Assembly: GCA_040752415.1 (NCBI GenBank)
Contig: JBFMGU010000090.1
Coordinates: forward strand, 1 to 37,629
Direction of reading: 5' to 3'
Origin: Myxococcota bacterium
Lineage (GTDB): Bacteria > Myxococcota > JACRCW01
DNA: 37,629 nucleotides
Shown here: positions 16,953-25,500 of the stretch, one piece after another
Position numbering within the stretch: the first letter of the stretch is position 1
Layout: each line of letters starts with the position of its first letter
Notes under the pieces: model-generated
The model's input: the letters and a program-made list of their open reading frames with translations, nothing else
Database searches by the model: none
Told to the model about the DNA's origin: nothing
Position numbers and translations under genes: made by a program

Positions 16953-18653
16953 TCACTGCGCGGTGAGCTCCAGCTGGTAGGCAAACTCGTCGCCAAAGCC
17001 GGCCCACACCTCCACGTAGTACGTGCCGGCCACCATGCCGGTCAGCTCCAGGCGGGAGCAGCGCCCTTCCCCGCCGTCGTCGGCCTCGGCCACAAGCTCG
17101 GCTTCGGAGTCGGGCCCGTCGTACACGTAGAGCCAGCTGTCCACCGCGCCCGCGGCGCACGCGCCGTTGCCAATGTCCTTCACTTCCGCCGTCAGCGTGC
17201 CACCCGCGGGCACCGTGATGCTGACCACGTCGATGTCGAACTCCAGGTCCGTGACGGTGATGGTTCCGTGGTACGGCGCGGTGTACGCGTTCGCCTGATC
17301 GCGGTCGTCGTTGGGCTCGGTCTCGGTGAGGGGCGGCACCATGTCCACCTGCAGCGTGAACTCGCCGGCGTCCTCGGCGGTGAATCCGTCGACGAGCAGG
17401 AACACGTCGTTCCCCTGCGTCACCGGCACCAGCAGGCTCTCCCAGGCGTCGGCGGGATTGTTGTCGGCGCAGCTCAGCTCGGAGTCCATGTCCCCGCAGC
17501 TGTTCTGCACGAAGATCCCCAGGTCCGCGGTGGAGTTGATGAGCGCCCACAGGATGCCCGTCTCCGACGGAACCACGCGGTAGATCACGTCCGGCCCGGT
17601 CACCGGATCCTGGCACGTGGAATCCGACATGTTCTGTCGCCCCACCGTGGTGTTGCTGGTGCTCAGCGGCGGGGTCACCTCCACGGGATCGTCGCAGGAG
17701 ACACCCACGCACTGCTGCGCGCAGTCCGAGTCATTGCAGTCCGCGTTGCCGTCCTCGTCGTCATCCAGCAGGTTGAAGCAGTTCTCACCCAGGCAGGCGC
17801 TGGTGTTGAGCACGCATTGTCCGGTGCAGGCGAGCGTTCCACCGGTGAATCCGCGTGCCTGGCAGGTGGCGTCGCCCAGGTCGGTGCCGTCGCATTCCTC
17901 GTTGGATTCCCGCGTGCCGTTGCCGCAGACCGGCGTGTGGAGCGTGACCTGCAGGAGGTACGGGAACGTGAGGCCGCTGCCCGCGTTGCTGACGCGCAGG
18001 TGATAGGTGCCCGCGGCCAGCGGACCGTGGTTGTCAATGCGGGAGCACCAGTTGTCGTCGCCGTCGATGTCGTCGTTGGTGGCGATGACGGCGGGAGTCT
18101 GGTTGGGGTCCATGAGGTCCAGGCGGGAGTCCACGCCGCCCTCGTTGTCCACCGAGCCGCACGCCGCTCCCACGCCGGGCATGACGGTGGCGGTGAGGAA
18201 GGTGTTGCCCTGGGCGATGGTCACCGCGAACACGTCCACGTCGGTGGTGGAGGAGATGGCGGCCGTCACGCTGCCGGAGATGGCGTTGGCCTCGTCGGGA
18301 ATGTTGTTGGGCTCCACCTCCGTCCCCGCGGTGCCGCTGGAGCTGGACGCCGACGAGGACGACGTTCCCACCGCACCGCTTCCCGACGACGAGGCACTGC
18401 CGCTGCTCGATGCGCTGCTGCTCGCGCCGGTCCCGGAGGTTGCGGACGCCGTGGCCGCCGACGAGCTGGTCGCCGCGGCGCCGAAGGACCCGGTGCCCCC
18501 CGCGGATGAGGACGTCGACGACGACGCGGAGGATGAGGACGCCGCGGCGCTCGACGAAGTCGTCGTCGCGCTGTCAGGACCGCCCGAACCGTTGGAGCAC
18601 GAAACCATCAGCAGCGGCAGGAGCACCCGCCACCGCAGGCCACGACATTCCAT
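16953..18653 (-). CDS. Lipoprotein with Ser-rich tether, PPC-like domains and a Cys-rich repeat
   Basis: Lipobox LLMVSC, ~85-aa Ser/Ala/Gly linker, EVEPNN and ETEPND beta-sandwich repeats, CGNG..ECDG repeat. GGAGG RBS. Confidence 0.85.
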   Translation of the reverse strand: MECRGLRWRVLLPLLMVSCSNGSGGPDSATTTSSSAAASSSSASSSTSSSAGGTGSFGAAATSSSAATASATSGTGASSSASSSGSASSSGSGAVGTSSSSASSSSGTAGTEVEPNNIPDEANAISGSVTAAISSTTDVDVFAVTIAQGNTFLTATVMPGVGAACGSVDNEGGVDSRLDLMDPNQTPAVIATNDDIDGDDNWCSRIDNHGPLAAGTYHLRVSNAGSGLTFPYLLQVTLHTPVCGNGTRESNEECDGTDLGDATCQARGFTGGTLACTGQCVLNTSACLGENCFNLLDDDEDGNADCNDSDCAQQCVGVSCDDPVEVTPPLSTSNTTVGRQNMSDSTCQDPVTGPDVIYRVVPSETGILWALINSTADLGIFVQNSCGDMDSELSCADNNPADAWESLLVPVTQGNDVFLLVDGFTAEDAGEFTLQVDMVPPLTETEPNDDRDQANAYTAPYHGTITVTDLEFDIDVVSITVPAGGTLTAEVKDIGNGACAAGAVDSWLYVYDGPDSEAELVAEADDGGEGRCSRLELTGMVAGTYYVEVWAGFGDEFAYQLELTAQ

Positions 18654-18707
18654 GACACCTCCCAGAGGACCCCGGGAGATTGGTTGCGCATTCCGCCATT
18701 CCGCGTT

Positions 18708-19406
18708 TCATCCGCGCGCGAGGACGCCCTTCATGAAGCGCAGCACTTCGTCCTGGATGGCGCCGTGGACCGCGGCCTGGGGGACGCCCTGGCGTTTCAG
18801 CACCTTGAAGCCGTGATCCGCGCCCTCCACCACGTGCAGCGTGGCGTGCTTCACGTCGGCCAGGTAGGGCCGCAGCTCGTCGGGTGAGCCGAATTCATCG
18901 CGCGTCCCCTGCACGAACAACACGGGAACCCGGATGGACGGCAGGTGCGCCACCCGGAGGTTCTGCGGCTCCTTGGGTGGATGCAGCGGATACCCCAACG
19001 CCACCACGCCCATCATCGACGGCGGCTCCGCGCGCGCGGCCAGGTGCGTGGCCATGCGACCACCCATGCTCTTCCCTCCGATGAACAGCGGTTGGCCGGA
19101 GAGGCCGGGGAGTGACAGCATCGTCGTCATGGCGGCCACGAAACACGCCTCCAGCTGCGCGGTGCGGTCCGGCGTGCGTCGACCCTGCTCGGTGTAGAGG
19201 AAGTTGAAAGTGGCGGTATCCACGCCGCGTCGCGCCAGCTCCTGCGCGTAATGCACCATGAATTCGTTGTGTTGGTCCGCGCCGGCGCCATGCGCAAGCA
19301 ACAGGGAAATCCCGGCGCGTTCCCCGTGCGCGCGGTAGAGGAGGCCGCTCACGTTTCCCGGCGCGCCCACGTCGATGGTGAATGGCTCGGCGGATGGTTG
19401 GTCCAT
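18708..19406 (-). CDS. Alpha/beta hydrolase (KANL3/Tex30-like)
   Basis: LLAHGAGA, nucleophile elbow GGKSMGGR, LGYPLHPP, QGTRDEFG and GADHGF, giving a Ser-Asp-His triad. Confidence 0.9.
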   Translation of the reverse strand: MDQPSAEPFTIDVGAPGNVSGLLYRAHGERAGISLLLAHGAGADQHNEFMVHYAQELARRGVDTATFNFLYTEQGRRTPDRTAQLEACFVAAMTTMLSLPGLSGQPLFIGGKSMGGRMATHLAARAEPPSMMGVVALGYPLHPPKEPQNLRVAHLPSIRVPVLFVQGTRDEFGSPDELRPYLADVKHATLHVVEGADHGFKVLKRQGVPQAAVHGAIQDEVLRFMKGVLARG

Positions 19407-19649
19407 GGGCCGTGGGGCATAGCATCGCAGCGTTGCGTCGGGAACTTGGCGCGTGACGCTCGTCCCCCATCCACGCGGTCGCGCCCGGTGTGGTCGTGGC
19501 ACGCGCTGAACACGACAATGACGACGTGAACACACGAAACGCTTGCGCGATCCGGTGCCGTTTCCCACGCGTCCCCGTCGTCGACAAGTGGCTCAGGGGA
19601 TGCACTGTGGACAAGCCGGTGCGCGCCGCACTCCGCCCTTGGTAACGCC

Positions 19650-20261
19650 ATGACCGCCACTCCCGTCGACTTCAGTCAAGCCCAGGTCCAGAAGATCCTG
19701 CAGCGCGCCATGTCGCGTTCCACCCGTCGGGAGGAGGGGCTCACGCGGGAGGAACTGGAACAGACCGCCACGGAGCTGGGCATCTCGCGGGAAGCGTTGG
19801 AGGCCGCCATCGAGGAGGACGCGGATGAACGCGACGTTACCGAGCAACGCGAGACCTGGCTGGCCAAGCACAAGCGCGGGCTCAGGGGCTCGTTCATCCT
19901 GTACCTGGTGGTGAACGCCATGCTGTTCCTTCTCGACGCGCGCACGCCCGGTGGCCCGTGGTGGTTCTGGCCCGCGCTGGGATGGGGCGTGGCGTTGGCG
20001 TTCCAGGTGCGCGCGCTGTTCCATCCGCCCCAGTTCAAGTCGAGGCGGCTCACGGGGAGGCTGGGCGCGCAGATCCAGGCCTTTGGGAAGGTGCTGGAGG
20101 AAGGAGCGCACGCACTGGGGGAGGCGCTGGGTCATGGTGCTCGCGCGCTGGGGGAGCAGCTGGAGAAGGAACTGAAAACCCGCCCCGAGGGGCCCAGGTC
20201 GGAGGACGGCCTGCAACGCCAACGCACCCCGCGCGCGGTCCAGACGGAGCGCAAGGCCTGA
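19650..20261 (+). CDS. 2TM-domain membrane protein
   Basis: N-terminal VQKILQRAM...LTREELEQTATELGIS, followed by YLVVNAMLFLLD...WWFWPALGWGVAL, typical of the 2TM family. Confidence 0.85.
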   Translation: MTATPVDFSQAQVQKILQRAMSRSTRREEGLTREELEQTATELGISREALEAAIEEDADERDVTEQRETWLAKHKRGLRGSFILYLVVNAMLFLLDARTPGGPWWFWPALGWGVALAFQVRALFHPPQFKSRRLTGRLGAQIQAFGKVLEEGAHALGEALGHGARALGEQLEKELKTRPEGPRSEDGLQRQRTPRAVQTERKA

Positions 20262-20404
20262 CCGTTCCCCGACGGAGAGTGCGGCCGGCACCACACCCCT
20301 GACAGCAGTGTCGCGATCCCGATGCGGGCGGCGCAAGCGGTGCGGTACGCGGATGAAGGCGGGTGGCCTCGCGTGAGGAGGGGCGTTTCTCCTCGGAAAA
20401 TCGC

Positions 20405-20421
20405 GTGGCATGCGGGGTGCA
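20405..20421 (+). promoter_or_regulatory. Putative sigma54 (-24/-12) promoter
   Basis: GTGGCATGCGGGGTGCA has GG at 20407-20408 and GC at 20419-20420 with exact 10-nt spacing, just upstream of a small ORF. Confidence 0.55.
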
Positions 20422-20433
20422 CAAGGGCCGGTC

Positions 20434-20568
20434 ATGGCGATGCCGCTGCGCATGCTGTTGTGGATGGTGGTGGTCCTGGTCCCCGGGGGCACGTTGTTGC
20501 TGCCCGTGGCGCTGGCCACCCACCGGCGCAAGCCTGCCACGCTGCCCCCGCCCGCCCAGGCGGCGTGA
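20434..20568 (+). CDS. Small membrane protein (44 aa), absent from the ORF track
   Basis: Manual translation: MAMPLRMLLWMVVVLVPGGTLLLPVALATHRRKPATLPPPAQAA*. Hydrophobic segment broken by PGG, basic tail, nearly all GC3 codons. Confidence 0.6.
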   Translation: MAMPLRMLLWMVVVLVPGGTLLLPVALATHRRKPATLPPPAQAA

Positions 20569-20581
20569 GGGCGCTACCCGC

Positions 20582-22504
20582 TCACTGCGCGTTTTCTTCC
20601 TCGTCGAGGTCGTCGGGCTCCGGTGCGGTGGGAACCGTCTGGAAGGGCGCCAGCATTTCGCGCGCGCGGCCCATGACGTGGATGTTGTCCACGTCCAGCT
20701 GGATCACGGCCTCAAGCATGGCGCGGGTCTCCGCCAGGTGCAGGCTGGAGGAGGCCAGGTCCAGGAGCAGGTCATACGACGCGGTGCCCAGGCGACCCGC
20801 GGCCACCACCCCGGTGATCGCCGTCCACGCCGCGCCATCCAGCGTGCGCCCCTGCAGGGACATCAGCGCGCGACGCTGCACATCCACGTGCGGGTCCCCC
20901 ACCATCTGCACCAGCGTGGCGGTGGTGGCGTCGTCCTTGGCCTTGCGCAGCGCGTTGGCGGCGGCGCGTCGGACCTCGGGCTCGGAGGACGTGGTGAAGG
21001 AGGTGATGGCCTGCGTCTGCTCCGGCACCCCGGCGTTGCCCAGCGCGGTGAGCAACAGCGCCTGGTCCGACGGAGACCGCGCCGCCTGCAGGTCCTGCAG
21101 GATGGCGTTGGCAAGGCCCTTGGCGCCGGAATCACCCATGGCCAGCCGGTTTCCCAGCACGGCGCCGTAGGCATAGATCGCCGCGCCTTTCCCCTCGGGG
21201 CCGGGGGCCACGTAGCGCTCGCGCGCCATGTCCACGGTGCTCTGGTCGGGCGCGGAGAGCAATCCCAGCCGCTGGTAGAGCATTCCGTAGTGCTGATCGT
21301 CGACGGCCGCCTTGCTTGTCAGCGCCTTGCGCAACGCCGCCTGCGCTGGACCGGTCCCCGCGCCCACCAACAAATCAACAATCAATTGCCGGCCACGCTC
21401 ATTGAAATGCGCATCCTGGAAGAGATTTGCCAAGGCATCACACAGCTCCGGCTTTGCACGCAGCAGACCGGTGGCGCGCCACAGGAACCGGTTGTGGTCC
21501 GGAACCATGCCGCCGTTGGCGAACTTCAGCAGCAGCTCCTTCAGCTGGTCACCGGTGAGGCCTTCCACGCGCATGGCCAGCGTGCGGTCGGCGAAGTCGG
21601 CGTGCACCGCGAGCTGTCCCGGCGTCACCGGCGCCCCCACGCGCACCACCGGACCGCCCTGCACGGGTCGATGCGCCAGGAACTTCAACGTCGTCACGGC
21701 GCGACCCTGCAGCTGCGGGCCGCCCACACCCGGACCGCCCACCTGCAAGGACTCCTCGCTGGCCAGGTCCGCCACCAGGCCGTCTTCCAGCCGCACGCGC
21801 GCATCACCCTTCAACGTGTAGGGAAGCGGCTGTCCGTACGCCTCCGCGGCGCGCAGCGAGGCATACGTGGCCCGCTGCCGCTCCAGCACCTGCTCCCGGC
21901 CGGAACCGCTCCGGCGATACTGTGATTTCACGCTGCCATTGATGGCTTCTTCCACCTGCTCGTATGCCGGCTCATTCCGCACCTGGACCTGGATGTCACC
22001 CAGGATCCATTGCATGATGTTTTGTGCCAGGTTGGTATTGGGTTCGGAGAAACGCAGCGCGTGCACGGTGCCATGGGCATCCATGTCCAGGAACATGGTC
22101 AGGCCCAGCAGCGCCGTGCGTTCCGCCTCCGTGAGGACGGGCTGAGCGAGAGCGGTCACGCTGGCGTTGTCCAGGCTTTCCAGGCGGAAGCCCACCCGCG
22201 TCTGCCCCAGTGCGGCGCCGTCCTCGCAGCGGGTCACCAGCACGCCCTCCAGCGTGGTGTCCACCTGCAGGGCCTGTTGCGCGGCCCCGGCCACGGCGGC
22301 GTGGGAGCGGGACTGGTGGGCGAGTCCGTAGCGACGCTCCTGGCCATCCCGACACCACGGGTTGCGCGGCGGACCGGCCACGGGTGCCTCCGCCACGACG
22401 GGCGGCGGCGTCTTCTGCGCTTCTCCCTCCCGGGACAGCAGCACCAGGAGCAGCACCAACGCCGCCCCTGCCGCAGCGGCCACCACCCAACGTGCTCCCT
22501 TCAT
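20582..22504 (-). CDS. Membrane-anchored beta-domain plus HEAT-like solenoid protein resembling the vitellogenin/LLTP N-terminal region
   Basis: N-terminal TM/signal segment, ~270 aa of beta-strand pattern, then helical repeats with DLLVGAGTGPAQAAL, LLTALGNAGVP and EVRRAAANALRK. GGAGG upstream. Start at 22504 (alternatives 22516, 22525). Confidence 0.8.
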   Translation of the reverse strand: MKGARWVVAAAAGAALVLLLVLLSREGEAQKTPPPVVAEAPVAGPPRNPWCRDGQERRYGLAHQSRSHAAVAGAAQQALQVDTTLEGVLVTRCEDGAALGQTRVGFRLESLDNASVTALAQPVLTEAERTALLGLTMFLDMDAHGTVHALRFSEPNTNLAQNIMQWILGDIQVQVRNEPAYEQVEEAINGSVKSQYRRSGSGREQVLERQRATYASLRAAEAYGQPLPYTLKGDARVRLEDGLVADLASEESLQVGGPGVGGPQLQGRAVTTLKFLAHRPVQGGPVVRVGAPVTPGQLAVHADFADRTLAMRVEGLTGDQLKELLLKFANGGMVPDHNRFLWRATGLLRAKPELCDALANLFQDAHFNERGRQLIVDLLVGAGTGPAQAALRKALTSKAAVDDQHYGMLYQRLGLLSAPDQSTVDMARERYVAPGPEGKGAAIYAYGAVLGNRLAMGDSGAKGLANAILQDLQAARSPSDQALLLTALGNAGVPEQTQAITSFTTSSEPEVRRAAANALRKAKDDATTATLVQMVGDPHVDVQRRALMSLQGRTLDGAAWTAITGVVAAGRLGTASYDLLLDLASSSLHLAETRAMLEAVIQLDVDNIHVMGRAREMLAPFQTVPTAPEPDDLDEEENAQ

Positions 22505-22536
22505 GGGTACACCCATCCTCCGCACACGCCCCGAGC

Positions 22537-25500
22537 CTACTGCACCTTGTTGGGATTGCTGAATTCCGCCAGCACCTCACGCAACGGGGCCAGCGGCAGC
22601 TCCATGCCCGCGTGGAAGATGTTGATGGCTCTCTGGAAGCCCTCCCAGGAGAAGATGGTCCAGTCCCAGGAAGCAAACAGGATTCGCAAATACACACTGA
22701 ATCTTCCGCCCAGGGTCTTGAGCACCAGGTCCATGTTGGTATCCAGCTTGACGCCCAGCTCCCCGTTGACGTCGCCCAGCCCCACCGAGACGGTGAAAGG
22801 CAGGTCCGCCTGGATGATGGTCAGGTCAATGCGCACGCCCGCCTCGGCAATGAAGATGTCCAGGCCCACCGACGCAAACCCGTCGAGTCCGGCGTAGGGC
22901 GTGAAGTAGCCGGTGAGCGTGGTTCTTGTGCCAATGGCCTGCTGAATCTCCACGCGTGCGCCGTAATGCACACCCAGACGCCCGGCGATTCCGCCAGTCA
23001 GCGACATGGGAATGGGTCCCAGGGCAAACGGCACCTTCACCTTGATGAAGTCCTGCTTCTCCTCCTCCTGGCCGTGCACGATGTCCGCGGAAGCGGTGAC
23101 ATGGGTATTCGCGGGAGTGAACAGGTCCATCCCCAGGACCTTGAATTCCAGCTGGTTCTCCGTGACGCCCAGGGCTCCCAGGTTGAACGAGGTGCCGGTA
23201 TTGGCGGTGTTGACGTGCGCGGAGCCCTCCACCAGCTCCACCGCGTGCCCAAATGCCGTGGCTCCGGCGGAAATGTGCGCGTACATCTCGGGTTTCAGCT
23301 TGGTGGTGTCCGGTGTCGTCATGGCCACGTATTCGCTGAAGCCGGTGAGTGCCCATCCAAAACCATAGGAATAATGCAGGTTGAAATCGTCGTTGCCGGA
23401 CTGCTCGTCTTCGCCGGTGCTCTGGGTAAGGCGCAGCTTGCCCTTCTCATCCATCAGGTTCCCGAGTTTCTTCAGCTCGGCGGAAATCAGCTTCTTCAGC
23501 TCATCCACGCACTGGAAATAGGTGTCCAGGTGTGTGGTGTCCTTTGTCCAGTCGTTGCAGGTGGGACAATTCGTGTTGAAGGTCTTGAGCGCGTCGCGAC
23601 TGCCAGGCACGGTGTCGGTGCGCAGGTTTCCGTCGGCATCCAGCACGCATGGCTTGGTGACCGTCTTGGCCACGCCGTTCACGTTTTCGTAGCTGAGGAG
23701 CTCCGGAACCTTCACCGTGGAAGTGCCAACGGCGTTGGTGGTCTTCAGGCCCATCTTGCGTCCACGGATGTTGTTGAATCCCACCGCTGCGGTGTTCCGC
23801 ACGCACCGCTGGTAGTCCGCCTCCTGGTCGGGGGCGTAGTAGCCCATCACCGCGTGCGCGAAGTCGCGCGGGGACCAGTCACAGGGATTGCCTTCATCCA
23901 GGTTGAGACAGGAATACTCCTGGGCCTCGTGCAGCATGGATTCCAGCACCGCGTCCAGGTACACCAGCTCTCCCACAAGACCGAAGGTGGAATTGCGCAG
24001 TTCCTCCAGCGACTGCGCCACGTTCATCACCCGGCTCCCCACCACGATCTGCGGCGGCAGCGCGCCCGGCGACGGGAAGGTGGTCTTCATGGGCTGCGCC
24101 AGCCCGCCCTGCGTGGAGTTGTTGATGTCCTGCAGCAATGACGTCTGGACCCCGCCCAGCGTTGCCGCCACGCCGGAATTCAACATGTTCCCCAGCACCG
24201 TCTTGGAAGCGGCTCCCACGGTGGCGGCGGTGACCGGGGTCACCATGGCGGACTGGAGGCCACCCACTTCCGTGCGGTTCCGCATCGTGGAGAGCTGCGA
24301 CATCACGGTGTCCGCAAAGACAATGCCCGGGTCCGGCAGCGCCGCGCCCTGCGGGAAGAACGTGTGATGCGCGGGCGCGGCGAGGTACGCACTGAGGATC
24401 GAGGCCACCTCCTGGCGCTGGCGCAGGACGTCCGCGTAACGCGCCTTGAGGGCGTCGGCCAGGTAGAGATCCTCGTCGGTCCACCCGGCGGCGGCCTGCG
24501 CCTGGGCCTTCTGGTAGTGGTAATTCCAGCCGCGGTCAGGCACCTGGTGGTTCAACCAGCCATCGTTGATGGTGTTGGCCAGGTCGGCATCACAGAGGTG
24601 GAGGCGCGCTGGCGTGATCTCCGCCGCCTGCGTTCCGCAGATCTGCACCCCACCAGAAGGCCCCAGCAATTCCATGATCGCCGCGCCCAACTCACTCGGC
24701 TCGCTCGTCTCCGAATGGGCTCGGAGGGCGAAGAAGATGTTCTTGTAGTCCTCGGGATTGTCGAACTGCACCTGCTTGGCCAGGCGCTTTCCGTCGCGGG
24801 AACGGATGGGATCGTTGGCCATGCCACGCGTGCCAATGGCCCACACTGGCGTGATCACGAAACCATTGACCCACTGCGGAGGCGCGTAGGCCGCGTCAAA
24901 ATACGCGCGCCAGTTGTTGCCCGCGCTGGCGGTCTTCTCCTCCCACTTGGAGAAATTCCAATACTTTTCGAAAACGTACTCTCGGCAGGAATCCACCCGC
25001 TTTCCATTGGCGTTCATGTTTGCCTTGAAGAGGTTGTCCAGCAGCAGCGTGAACGTGGAGTTGCCCCTGGTGAGGTCGGGCGCGCTGGATGAGGCCATCA
25101 TGGACTGACGCGTCTGCCTGGCGCGGTAGGTGGAGTAGCCACCAACGTGGAAGAGCCCCGGCGCGGTGTAGGGGAACACGTCCGCCTGGGTCTTGTCCCG
25201 CACGGCGTGGGGAACCAGGTTGCCCTGGCCCGTCATCACGGTCTTGGGCAGGATCACCTGCCGGGTGGTGCTGGGGGGAGGGTCGACCATGGCCACGCCG
25301 CCTCCACCGGCGAGCTGCGCCTTCAACCCCGCACAGGTGGAGAGCGAGAGGTTCTCCTGGGACACCGCGTTGGACCAGCGCGTGGCCTCCAGCTGACCGC
25401 AGGCGCTGCCCAGCCAATCCCCTTCACACATGGGCTTGTTGATGTTGTTCTGCTCCTGGTCGCAGATGCTGGCACACAAACCATCTGCCACTGCCTGCTG

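Noticed and set aside
19498..19513. TGGCACG upstream of the 2TM gene as a sigma54 promoter
   Set aside because: No GC at the -12 position.
22537..23430. Classical autotransporter beta-barrel (Pmp-like passenger plus barrel)
   Set aside because: The protein ends in a helix-like tail (...EFSNPNKVQ) without a terminal aromatic residue, and ~750 aa of unrelated sequence plus the Cys/Ser repeats separate the beta-helix from these strands. Not fully excluded without modelling.
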